A stretch of 24,043 bases of DNA from a virus. Taxonomy: Duplodnaviria > Caudoviricetes. Where the stretch lies: positions 1 through 24,043 of the IMG/VR virus record IMGVR_UViG_3300032332_000119; one strand, 5' to 3'. Position 1 is the first letter of the stretch. Every line of letters begins with the position of its first letter. The translations under genes and the position numbers were made by a program. Shown here piece by piece: positions 1 to 8,593 of the stretch. A model generated the notes under the pieces. It did no database searches. It saw nothing but the letters and a program-made list of their open reading frames with translations, and was not told where the DNA came from.

Positions 1-1584
1 ATGCAAACCACAATATACAAACCAGAAGATGAACAGCAGTTAATGTCAATACTATGGAGTCCGACATTAAAAGATAATCCACTGGCGTTTGTTAAGTATC
101 TATTTCCTTGGGGAGTTAAGGGTACTCCGCTTGAACATTTTTCTGGCCCACGTAAATGGCAACGTGAAGTATTGCAAGATATTACTGACCATATTGCTGC
201 AAATAATAAACTCAAAGATACTTTCAACGGTGCAAACTCAGACAATACTATTATCAAGTCCAACGAAGAGATAATGTATAAGGTATTGCAAGAGGCAATA
301 TCTTCTGGTCGGGGCATTGGTAAGTCGGCATTGGTGTCATGGTTGACTATTTGGATGGTGTCAACTCGTATTGGCTCAACAACCATCATTTCGGCTAACT
401 CTGAGAACCAGTTGCGCTCGATTACTTGGGCTGAGATTACAAAATGGCTGGCAATGGGGTTGAATTCGCACTGGTTTGAGGTAAGTGCAACCAAAGTGGC
501 ACCGGCAAAGTGGTTGACTGACCTGGTGGAGCAGGATTTGAAGAAGGGTACGCGCTATTGGGCGGTGGAAGGTCGGCTTTGGAGTGAGGAAAACCCGGAT
601 GCTTATGCTGGGGTGCACAATTTTGACGGTGTGCTGGTGATTTTTGACGAGGCGTCAGGTATTGCTGACCCAATTTGGTCGGTCACTGGTGGATTTTTCA
701 CGGAGAACACGCCGAATCGTTTTTGGCTGGCGTTTTCTAACCCTCGGCGCAATACGGGGTACTTTTATGAGTGCTTCAATTCTAAAAGGGACTTTTGGAA
801 GACGAAGGTGGTGGATGCGCGGACGGTGGAGGGGACGGACAAGGCGGTGTATGAGCGAATCATTGCGGAATACGGGCCGGACAGTGCTCAGGCGCACGTT
901 GAGGTGTATGGTGAGTTCCCGAATGCGGGGGATGACCAGTTTATTCCGTCGAGCATTGTGGATGAAGCGATGGCGCGGCCTAAGTACAAGGACAATTCTG
1001 CCCCAATTATTATTGGGGTTGACCCGGCGCGGTTTGGGGCTGATGCTACGGTGATTGCGGTGCGGCAGGGGCGCGATATTGTGGCGATCAAGAAGTACCG
1101 GGGGGACGACACCATGACGGTGGTGGGTCATGTGATTGAGGCGATTGAAGAGTACAAGCCTGCGCTGGTGGTAATTGATGAGGGTGGGCTGGGGGCGGGG
1201 ATTGTGGATAGGTTGAAGGAGCAGCGGTATAAAATCAAAGGGGTGAACTTTGGAAACAAATCAAAGAACCCTATCATGTATGGCAACAAACGGGCTGAGA
1301 TGTGGGGGGAGATGAAGGATTGGTTGAAGACGGCCAGCATTCCAAGTGACCGATTTCTCAAAACTGACCTGATTAGTCCTTTGATGAAGCCGGATAGTCG
1401 GGGCACGATATTCTTGGAGTCCAAGAAGGAAATGAAGGCGCGTGGGCTGGCGTCACCGGATGCTGCGGATGCTATTTGTGTGACGTTTGCCTTTCCGGTG
1501 GCGCATCGGGAATACAATGAAAAGCCAAGGGTGCTTGTCGCACGGGGGCAAAATATGGTATCGTCGGGCTGGATGGGTTCTTGA
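1..1584 (+). CDS. terL: Terminase large subunit
   Basis: Walker A SGRGIGKS, Walker B VLVIFDEASG, coupling motif FSNP, RNase H-like nuclease motifs GVDPARFGAD and SPDAADA; 527 aa. Confidence 0.95.
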   Translation: MQTTIYKPEDEQQLMSILWSPTLKDNPLAFVKYLFPWGVKGTPLEHFSGPRKWQREVLQDITDHIAANNKLKDTFNGANSDNTIIKSNEEIMYKVLQEAISSGRGIGKSALVSWLTIWMVSTRIGSTTIISANSENQLRSITWAEITKWLAMGLNSHWFEVSATKVAPAKWLTDLVEQDLKKGTRYWAVEGRLWSEENPDAYAGVHNFDGVLVIFDEASGIADPIWSVTGGFFTENTPNRFWLAFSNPRRNTGYFYECFNSKRDFWKTKVVDARTVEGTDKAVYERIIAEYGPDSAQAHVEVYGEFPNAGDDQFIPSSIVDEAMARPKYKDNSAPIIIGVDPARFGADATVIAVRQGRDIVAIKKYRGDDTMTVVGHVIEAIEEYKPALVVIDEGGLGAGIVDRLKEQRYKIKGVNFGNKSKNPIMYGNKRAEMWGEMKDWLKTASIPSDRFLKTDLISPLMKPDSRGTIFLESKKEMKARGLASPDAADAICVTFAFPVAHREYNEKPRVLVARGQNMVSSGWMGS

Positions 1585-1597
1585 TAAGGATTTAATC

Positions 1598-1753
1598 ATG
1601 GCTACAAAACCTGGGCTATACGCTGCAATTCACGCAAAACAGGAGCGCATCAAAGCTGGCTCTGGCGAGAAGATGAACAAAGTTGGCAGCAAAAACGCAC
1701 CCACCGCCAAGGACTTCAAAGATTCGGCCAAGACGGCTAAGAAGGGTAAGTGA
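1598..1753 (+). CDS. Small Lys-rich hypothetical protein (51 aa, MATKPGLYAAIHAKQ...)
   Basis: ATG at 1598 preceded by SD AAGGA just after the terL stop; C-terminal part of the track ORF 1487..1753. Confidence 0.8.
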   Translation: MATKPGLYAAIHAKQERIKAGSGEKMNKVGSKNAPTAKDFKDSAKTAKKGK

Positions 1754-1902
1754 TGCCACTCGTTAAATCATCTTCGCCCAAAGCTTTCCGTGCAAATGTC
1801 AAAGCTGAGGTATCGGCTGGAAAGCCGGTCAAGCAGGCGGTGGCGATTGCTTATGCGGTAAAGCGTGAGGCGGCTAAACCTGCGCCAAAAGGCAAAAAAT
1901 AA
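1753..1902 (+). CDS. Small Lys-rich hypothetical protein (49 aa, MPLVKSSSPKAFRANVKAEVSAGKPVKQAVAIAYAVKREAAKPAPKGKK)
   Basis: Translated by hand (below the track cut-off); TGATG overlap upstream and TAATG overlap downstream fill the gap exactly. Confidence 0.8.
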   Translation: MPLVKSSSPKAFRANVKAEVSAGKPVKQAVAIAYAVKREAAKPAPKGKK

Positions 1903-2624
1903 TGCCGGTAAACGCATTATCGCCAGAGACTAACATTCTGAATCAACTTTACAAACAAGTTGTTCCAGTAAATGCTCGGACGTTGATTGACACCGTGCGA
2001 GGAGATACATCACCAATAACAGAAGCTAATTTTTCTCCTGATGAATTGGCTATTTTGCAAAATGTGTACGAAACCACACGCAACAGAAACAAAACTTGGA
2101 GACAAGAAATTGCAAATCAGTTAGCTATATCAGAAGCAGACTACAACAAAAAACCTGAAATAGAGTTAGCACCAAGCAACAAGCCGGGTCAATTTGTATC
2201 TTTACCAATCCCGTATTCAGAGTACATCAAGCGTACAGTTAACAAATTAGAATCTTTTGACAAAACCAAAAACAAAACATCTGTGTCTTACAATGATTAC
2301 CCAGATGCTTTGGCTGCACCTACTTTTGATTCTTGGATTAACGCCATCAAAAAATCTTATACTGATCCAGCGTACCGAATGAAAACTACGTTGGGTTCGT
2401 TTAATGTCAATGAAACTCCGGAAGGGGCAAAAGTGTCTGACACTTACAATTTTGACGCTAGAGATTTTTACCAAATGAAAGGTTTTAACCTTGATGAGGC
2501 CAATGCTTACGATTTGTGGAAAAAGTCAAATGGGCCTGTGGATTTTCTTGATATGATGATGATTAAATACGCTCCAAAAACTTCTCGTCCCGTAAACATA
2601 CAATTACCAAAAAGTCAAAAATGA
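1902..2624 (+). CDS. Hypothetical protein (240 aa), AT-rich relative to neighbours
   Basis: Long ORF translationally coupled at both ends (TAATG, ATGA); no motif recognised. Confidence 0.8.
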   Translation: MPVNALSPETNILNQLYKQVVPVNARTLIDTVRGDTSPITEANFSPDELAILQNVYETTRNRNKTWRQEIANQLAISEADYNKKPEIELAPSNKPGQFVSLPIPYSEYIKRTVNKLESFDKTKNKTSVSYNDYPDALAAPTFDSWINAIKKSYTDPAYRMKTTLGSFNVNETPEGAKVSDTYNFDARDFYQMKGFNLDEANAYDLWKKSNGPVDFLDMMMIKYAPKTSRPVNIQLPKSQK

Positions 2625-4816
2625 GCGACTACTCTGCTGTTGCATCGGTGGCTAATGTGGGTGCTGACAAGAAGGCATCCAAAACAAGCGACGATTCTGA
2701 CTTGTTGTCTACGCTGCGTGAGCGTATGAACACAGCTATTTCGGCGTATTCCGAAAGCCGGGAAGATGAGATTGACGATCTGCGCTTTTATGCGGCGTCA
2801 CCTGACAATCAGTGGCAATGGCCTGCTGACGTGCTGGCGACTCGGGGTGCGGTGCAAGGGCAGTCTATCAATTCCCGGCCTTGCCTGACTATCAACAAGC
2901 TGCCCCAGCACGTTCGACAAGTTACCAACGACCAACGCCAGAACCGGCCCAGCGGCAAGGTTATCCCGGTGGATGACAATGCCGACATTGAGGTGGCCGA
3001 GGTATTTGATGGCATGGTGCGGCATATTGAATATATGTCGGATGCTGATGTGGCCTACGACACGGCCTGCGAGAATCAGGTGTCCTATGGCGAAGGCTAT
3101 TGGCGCATTCTGACTGAGTATTGCGATGACAATACGTTTGATCAGGACATCAAACTGGGGCGTATTCGCAACAGTTTTAGCGTTTACATGGATCCACTGA
3201 TTCAAGACCCGTGCGGTGCAGATGCTCGGTGGTGCTTTATCACTGAGGACTTGTCCAAAGAGGAATACCACCGGCTGTACCCGGATGCATCCCCCACAAA
3301 TACCTTGCAGTCGCTGGGTGTTGGCGACCAGTCTTTGAGCCAATGGCTCAATTCCGAGACGGTGCGGATTGCTGAGTATTACTATGTGGACTATGACAGG
3401 GGTACGCTCAATATGTATCCTGGCGGTGTTACGGCATTTGACGGTACGCCGGAGGACAAGCAATTACGGGCCATGTACGGCAAGCCTATGCGCTCACGTT
3501 CATCTGACCGGCGCAAGGTCAAATGGGTCAAGACCAATGGCTACGAAGTGCTGGAGCGCCGGGATTGGGCTGGTAAGTACATTCCGGTGATTCGGGTCAT
3601 TGGCAATGAGTTTGAGGTTGACGGGCGCATTTACGTCAGTGGCTTGGTGCGAAATGCCAAAGACGCCCAGCGGATGTACAACTATTGGGTAAGTCAAGAG
3701 GCTGAAATGCTGGCCCTTGCTCCAAAAGCGCCGTTCATTGGCTACGGTGGGCAGTTTGAAGGCTACGAGGCGCAATGGAAAACAGCCAATACCCAAAACT
3801 GGCCGTACCTTGAGGTCAACCCGGATGTGACGGATGGTGCTGGAAATATTCTGCCCTTGCCACAACGCGCACAACCGCCTATGGCGTCCAGCGGACTGCT
3901 ACAGGCCAAGATGGGTGCTGCTGAAGACATTAAAGGCACCACGGGGCAATACAACGCTTCCTTGGGGCTGGAAGGCAATGAGCGTTCTGGTCGTGCAATT
4001 TTGGCGCGTCAAAAAGAGGGCGACACCGGCACTTATCACTTTGTGGATAACTTGGCTCGGGCTGTGCGGTACTCAACCCGGCAGATTGTTGACCTTATCC
4101 CCAAGATTTACGACACGCAGCGCATTGCGCGGGTAATTGGTGAAGATGGCGAGTCCAGCCATATCAAAATCAATCCTCAGCAGCCGGAGCCGGTCAAGAA
4201 AATTGTCAATGAGCAGGGCATTGTGATTGAAAAGATTTTCAATCCTGGTGTTGGCAAGTATGACGTTCGGGTGGTGACGGGGCCAGGTTATGCAACCAAA
4301 CGTATGGAGTCGCTGGATTCCATGAGTACGCTGTTGCAGGGCAATCCTGAATTGTGGTCGGTGGCTGGTGACTTGTTTGTCAAGAACATGGATTGGCCTG
4401 GTGCCCAAGAAATGGCAAAGCGGCTTGCCAAGACCATTGACCCCAAGATCATGGGTGATGCCGAGGAAGACCCGGCTTTGGCGGCTGCACAACAACAAAT
4501 TCAAGGTTTGATGCAGGAAATGCAGCAAATGTCGGGTATGTTGCAGAATGTGCAAAATTCAATGGAAGCCCGTAAGTTGGAGATTGACGAATACAAGGTT
4601 CAGACAGATGCCGACATCAAAGCCTATGATGCTGAAACCAAACGCCTGTCTGCGGTAGCTGCTGGTATGGGGCCGGAGCAAGTTCAAGAAATTGTGATGC
4701 AAACCATGCGGGATGTTATGACCATTGGTGACTTGGTGCAGCCAATGGAACAACGAAATATGCCTGATATGCAACAAATGCCCGATAATCAGGGTATGGA
4801 AGGGCCATTGACATGA
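2621..4816 (+). CDS. Portal protein, P22 gp1-like
   Basis: 731 aa after terL. Motifs RPCLTINKL, YIPVIRVIG, GLVRNAKDAQRMYNYW, SGRAILARQ, GKYDVRVVTGPGYATKR; Gln/Met-rich C-terminal helical barrel. Confidence 0.93.
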   Translation: MSDYSAVASVANVGADKKASKTSDDSDLLSTLRERMNTAISAYSESREDEIDDLRFYAASPDNQWQWPADVLATRGAVQGQSINSRPCLTINKLPQHVRQVTNDQRQNRPSGKVIPVDDNADIEVAEVFDGMVRHIEYMSDADVAYDTACENQVSYGEGYWRILTEYCDDNTFDQDIKLGRIRNSFSVYMDPLIQDPCGADARWCFITEDLSKEEYHRLYPDASPTNTLQSLGVGDQSLSQWLNSETVRIAEYYYVDYDRGTLNMYPGGVTAFDGTPEDKQLRAMYGKPMRSRSSDRRKVKWVKTNGYEVLERRDWAGKYIPVIRVIGNEFEVDGRIYVSGLVRNAKDAQRMYNYWVSQEAEMLALAPKAPFIGYGGQFEGYEAQWKTANTQNWPYLEVNPDVTDGAGNILPLPQRAQPPMASSGLLQAKMGAAEDIKGTTGQYNASLGLEGNERSGRAILARQKEGDTGTYHFVDNLARAVRYSTRQIVDLIPKIYDTQRIARVIGEDGESSHIKINPQQPEPVKKIVNEQGIVIEKIFNPGVGKYDVRVVTGPGYATKRMESLDSMSTLLQGNPELWSVAGDLFVKNMDWPGAQEMAKRLAKTIDPKIMGDAEEDPALAAAQQQIQGLMQEMQQMSGMLQNVQNSMEARKLEIDEYKVQTDADIKAYDAETKRLSAVAAGMGPEQVQEIVMQTMRDVMTIGDLVQPMEQRNMPDMQQMPDNQGMEGPLT

Positions 4817-5175
4817 TTTGTGCTGACTTTGTAGGAACGCTGTTTTTGGCGCGAGATGTTGCCCATTCGGTGCATCTCAATACCCGCAGCTTTGCCAAAC
4901 ACATGGCCCTCAATGAGTTCTACGACAATATCGTTGAACTGGCTGACAAATTCTCTGAAGCCTATCAAGGCCGACATGGTTTAATTGGCCCAATTACTTT
5001 GATGTCTGCCAAAAAAACAGGCAACATTGTTGAGTTTCTTGAAGAATCCTTGAAGGAAATTGAGGATATGCGATACAAAGTGTGTGAAAAAAACGACACG
5101 CCTTTGCAAAACATCATTGACGAAATTGCTGGTCAATATCTTTCAACTCTGTATAAACTGAGGTTTTTGGCATGA
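4813..5175 (+). CDS. Ferritin-like / Dps-like four-helix-bundle protein
   Basis: HSVHLNT...HMALNEFYDNIVELADKFSE parallels the Dps ferroxidase signature HWN...H..FEELY......D..AE; 120 aa helical. Confidence 0.7.
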   Translation: MICADFVGTLFLARDVAHSVHLNTRSFAKHMALNEFYDNIVELADKFSEAYQGRHGLIGPITLMSAKKTGNIVEFLEESLKEIEDMRYKVCEKNDTPLQNIIDEIAGQYLSTLYKLRFLA

Positions 5176-5471
5176 TTAAAGACATTACATCCTGCATGGG
5201 GTATCAACAAATTGTTGGTGCTGCTGCTTCTACGGGTTTGACCGTTCCTTCTGTTGACCCGGTAACCGGACTTGCTGCCAAGCCCATTCAGGCAGTCATT
5301 ATTTGCGAAGGTGCAGGTATTCGTTGGCGCGATGATGGCACAGCCCCAACCGCATCGGTGGGTATGCCCATTGCCGTGGGTACTGTTTTTGTGTATGACG
5401 GCGATCTGAATCGTTTGCGGTTTATTCAGCAAGCGGCCACTGCAACCATCAACATTGGATACTACAAATGA
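5172..5471 (+). CDS. Hypothetical virion-associated protein (99 aa)
   Basis: ATGA-coupled ORF in the head module; beta-strand-like composition, IRWRDDGTAPTASVGMP motif. Confidence 0.75.
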   Translation: MIKDITSCMGYQQIVGAAASTGLTVPSVDPVTGLAAKPIQAVIICEGAGIRWRDDGTAPTASVGMPIAVGTVFVYDGDLNRLRFIQQAATATINIGYYK

Positions 5472-6028
5472 ACATTTATCCTTCCGGCCCCACTTCTGTT
5501 ACCGTTACTACGGCAGTTATTACTGGCGGTAATGCTGCTGAAGATGCCGCCACTACAGCCAGCCCATTGATTGTTGGTGGCGTTGTTCGTACCGCTGTGA
5601 CGCCAACTACTCTTGTTGCCGGTGATGCTGCCCGAGCCACCATGACTTCAGGCGCAGCAGTGGTGACTTTTCCATATGCCGTTCCTGATCTGGCTTGGTC
5701 GTATGCTGCCGCTGCTGGTGGTATTTTGAATACCACCACGGCTGTGACTGTCAAAGCAGCCGCTGCTGCCGGTGTCCGCAACTACATTACCAACATTCAG
5801 ATTATGGCTGAAACGCTTACCACGGCAACTGAATTGGCAATTCGTGACGGTGCGGCTGGTACGGTACTTTGGCGTATCAAAATTCCTACTGGCGGTTTGG
5901 CTTCGGCACAATTTGATTTTGCCGTGCCTTTGCGCGGTACGGCAGCGACTTTGCTTGAGGTTGTGACCTTGACAGCATCGGGTGCCGGTGCCGTATATGT
6001 CAATTTGCAAGGATTTACCGCTGCATAA
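5468..6028 (+). CDS. Ala/Thr-rich hypothetical structural protein (186 aa), possible head fibre or decoration
   Basis: ATGA-coupled ORF; composition typical of virion beta proteins; function inferred only. Confidence 0.7.
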   Translation: MNIYPSGPTSVTVTTAVITGGNAAEDAATTASPLIVGGVVRTAVTPTTLVAGDAARATMTSGAAVVTFPYAVPDLAWSYAAAAGGILNTTTAVTVKAAAAAGVRNYITNIQIMAETLTTATELAIRDGAAGTVLWRIKIPTGGLASAQFDFAVPLRGTAATLLEVVTLTASGAGAVYVNLQGFTAA

Positions 6029-6053
6029 TGATTTTGTGTTATAAACACCCGTA

Positions 6054-6085
6054 CTGGTTCGGTTAACCAGGGAATCTTAGGATTC
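6054..6085 (+). promoter_or_regulatory. Tandem hairpins in the scaffold-gene leader, the second covering the SD
   Basis: CTGGTT-cggtt-AACCAG (6054-6070) and GAATC-ttag-GATTC (6072-6085), with AGGA at 6079-6082. Confidence 0.55.
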
Positions 6086-6089
6086 ACAA

Positions 6090-6860
6090 ATGTCAGAAGA
6101 AGTAGTAGCGGAATCATCTCCCGCGCCGGAACTGGAAGCCACGGCGGCAATTCCAGAACCTGTAGTTGAAACGCCGGAATTGCCCGTAGAGGCGTCTAAG
6201 ACCTTCACACAAGAAGAATTGGATGCGGCTATTGGTAAGCGCCTCGCAAGAGAGCAGCGCAAATGGGAACGAGAGCAGCAAGTTAGGATGGCTGAAGTTC
6301 AGCCGCCAGTGCCGACTGAGATTCCTACTGTTGACCAGTTTCAAAGTCCTCAAGACTACGCGAATTTTATTCGCCAAGAGGCTCAAAAGCTGGTACAGCA
6401 GCAGGAAGCTCAAAAGCAATGGCAGGCTATTGAGTCGTCATATGCAGAGCGTGAAGACGCAGCGATGGAAAAGTACGATGACTATTCACAAGTTGTCCGA
6501 AATGCCAACCTGCCAATCAGCACTGTTATGGCTGACGCAATTCGGTCATCGGATATTGGGCCTGATGTAGCGTACTACCTCGGCACTAATCCCAAAGAAG
6601 CAGCTCGGATTCATGGTTTGCCTCCGCTTTTGCAGGTAAAAGAGATTGGGAAGATTGAAGCCAAACTGGCTGATAATCCTCCTGCGCGTAAGACCACGAC
6701 TGCGCCTGAGCCTATTCGACCTGTGATTGCACGGTCTGCCAATAATCCGGCATTTGATACAACCGACCCACGTTCCATTAAGAACATGACGGCATCAGAA
6801 TGGATTGAAGCAGACCGCGCAAGGCAGATCAAAAAGATGCAGGCGGCAAACCGCTACTAA
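6090..6860 (+). CDS. Capsid scaffolding protein
   Basis: Immediately upstream of coat; acidic/Pro-rich N-terminus, KTFTQEELDAAIGKRLAREQRK coiled coil, short C-terminal helix; 256 aa. Confidence 0.85.
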   Translation: MSEEVVAESSPAPELEATAAIPEPVVETPELPVEASKTFTQEELDAAIGKRLAREQRKWEREQQVRMAEVQPPVPTEIPTVDQFQSPQDYANFIRQEAQKLVQQQEAQKQWQAIESSYAEREDAAMEKYDDYSQVVRNANLPISTVMADAIRSSDIGPDVAYYLGTNPKEAARIHGLPPLLQVKEIGKIEAKLADNPPARKTTTAPEPIRPVIARSANNPAFDTTDPRSIKNMTASEWIEADRARQIKKMQAANRY

Positions 6861-6876
6861 CTGAAAGGATTTCATC

Positions 6877-8082
6877 ATGGCAAATAGTGTTTTAACCATT
6901 GACATGATCACTCGGAAGGCTCTGGAAATTCTGGAGAACAACCTGGTGATCACCCGCAACGTGAACCGTCAATACGACGATTCCTTTGCTACCGAAGGTG
7001 CCAAAATTGGCACTACCCTGCGTATTCGTCTGCCTGACCGTGCGCTGGTTACTGACGGTGCCGCCCTGCAAGTTCAGGACGACAACGAGCAGTACACCAC
7101 GCTGGCTGTGACCTCGCAAAAGCATATCGGCGTAAACTTCACCACTGCTGAGATGACGATGCAATTAGATGACTTTGCTGACCGTGTGCTGAAGCCTCGT
7201 ATCAGCCAACTGGCCTCCAGCATTGACGCTGACGTTGCAAATGCTTACAAGAGCATGTATCAGTCTGTTGGCACTCCAGGCACTACGCCATCCACCTCGC
7301 TGGTTTTGTTGCAAGCCCAGCAAAAGCTGAACGAGTCTGCTGCAATCATGTCCCCGCGCTACGCTGTGGTTAACCCCGCCGCCAACGCTGGTCTGGTTGA
7401 AGGCATGAAAGGTCTGTTCAATCCGACTGACAACATCAGCAAGCAGTTCAAGTCTGGCATGATGGGCACCGGCGTGTTGGGCTTTGACGAGATTTCCATG
7501 TCTCAATCTGTCAAAGTGTTCACCACCGGCTCTCGCACCAACGGCACGACTTCCGCTGCTGTGACCACGCAAGGTGCTACAACCATTGCCCTGACCGGCT
7601 TGGGTGCCAGTGCCACCATCACTCAAGGTGAAGTGTTTACCGTTGCCGGTTGCTTTGCGGTCAACCCGCAAACCCGTGAGTCCACTGGTTCGCTTCAGCA
7701 ATTTGTGGTGACCGCCGCTGTGACTGCTTCGGGTGGTGGTGCTGCAACCGTGTCGGTTAGCCCCGCCATCTACACGGCAACCAACGCACTGGCAACCGTG
7801 GATTCGTTCCCGGCCAACAGTGCTGCTGTGACGTTCTTGGGTGCTGCTTCTACGGCTTTCCCGCAGAATTTGGTGTACCACAAGGACGCCATCACGTTTG
7901 CTACCGCCGACCTGTTGCTGCCGCAAGGTGTTGACATGGCTTCCCGCGCTGTTCACAACGGTATCAGCCTGCGCGTTGTTCGTCAGTACGACATTAACAA
8001 CGACCGCCTGCCGTGCCGTATTGACGTTCTGTATGGCTACAACACCATTCGTCCTGCAATGGGCGTTCGGGTTTGGGGCTAA
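6877..8082 (+). CDS. Major capsid protein, P22 gp5-like
   Basis: 401 aa. MANSVLTIDMITRKALEILENNL, KIGTTLRIRLP and C-terminal YDINNDRLPCRIDVLYG; strong SD GAAAGGA; C-ending codon bias consistent with high expression. Confidence 0.93.
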   Translation: MANSVLTIDMITRKALEILENNLVITRNVNRQYDDSFATEGAKIGTTLRIRLPDRALVTDGAALQVQDDNEQYTTLAVTSQKHIGVNFTTAEMTMQLDDFADRVLKPRISQLASSIDADVANAYKSMYQSVGTPGTTPSTSLVLLQAQQKLNESAAIMSPRYAVVNPAANAGLVEGMKGLFNPTDNISKQFKSGMMGTGVLGFDEISMSQSVKVFTTGSRTNGTTSAAVTTQGATTIALTGLGASATITQGEVFTVAGCFAVNPQTRESTGSLQQFVVTAAVTASGGGAATVSVSPAIYTATNALATVDSFPANSAAVTFLGAASTAFPQNLVYHKDAITFATADLLLPQGVDMASRAVHNGISLRVVRQYDINNDRLPCRIDVLYGYNTIRPAMGVRVWG

Positions 8083-8108
8083 ATTGATGCCCCTTTGGGG
8101 GTTTCAAT
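8083..8108 (+). terminator. Hairpin after capsid gene (weak terminator or mRNA-stabilising stem)
   Basis: ATTGATGCCCC-TTTG-GGGGTTTCAAT imperfect stem with only a short T run. Confidence 0.45.
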
Positions 8109-8135
8109 CAACATCATCTTTGAAAGGAAATCATC

Positions 8136-8543
8136 ATGGCTCTCCCTATTGCTGGAACTGGTTATCAAGTTGGCGACGGAAACGAAAGCGCTCCCAATTT
8201 TTACATCCAGGCTGCTCCCATTTCGTTCACCACTGACCCGGCACCAACGGCGGCTCAATTGGTTGGTACTGCAATGTTCATTGGCAACCCTGGTGGTGCT
8301 ATCAACTTCACGCTGCCCACCGTGGCTTCGCTGGAGTCGGCATACCAGGCTTTGGGTGAAAAACCCAACGTGGCTTTTGAGTTCTCCATCATCAATGTCA
8401 ATGCCACCAATGCCGTGACCGTTATTACCAACACTGGTTGGACCGTGACGGGTGGCGGCTCTGTGACCGTTGCGCTGTCCACCAGCGCCCGGTTCCAGGC
8501 CCGCAAGACCGGCGTCGGCACCTGGCAGTTGTATCGCATGTAA
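8136..8543 (+). CDS. Probable capsid decoration/cement protein (135 aa)
   Basis: Directly after coat, with a near-identical RBS context (TGAAAGGAaaTCATCATGGC versus TGAAAGGAttTCATCATGGC) and similar codon bias; followed by a terminator. Confidence 0.65.
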   Translation: MALPIAGTGYQVGDGNESAPNFYIQAAPISFTTDPAPTAAQLVGTAMFIGNPGGAINFTLPTVASLESAYQALGEKPNVAFEFSIINVNATNAVTVITNTGWTVTGGGSVTVALSTSARFQARKTGVGTWQLYRM

Positions 8544-8545
8544 CA

Positions 8546-8574
8546 AAAATCCCCAGCTTAGCGGCTGGGGTTTT
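8546..8574 (+). terminator. Rho-independent terminator (possibly bidirectional)
   Basis: AAAAT-CCCCAGC-TTAGCG-GCTGGGG-TTTT: 7-bp GC-rich stem, T tract downstream and A tract upstream. Confidence 0.8.
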
Positions 8575-8593
8575 ACTTTGAAAGGACATTAAA

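Noticed and set aside
196-285. Intein or intron in terL
   Set aside because: Too short, lacks the C/S...HN splice residues, and the reading frame is continuous.
1487-1597. Upstream extensions in the ORF track (starts 1487, 13944, 15308, 21548, 23268)
   Set aside because: They overlap established genes; internal ATGs with an SD or stop-start coupling (1598, 14055, 15416, 21521, 23199) fit better.
7165-7956. Long - strand ORFs opposite late genes (7165..7956, 2798..3463, 9138..9944, 15878..16378 and others)
   Set aside because: Antisense shadows of codon-biased genes; no motifs or RBS, and fully nested in well-supported + strand CDS.
8060-8136. Capsid C-terminal extension by frameshift into ORF 8095 or 8136
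   Set aside because: The coat ends in a clean TAA with no convincing slippery heptamer, and the next gene has its own strong RBS.
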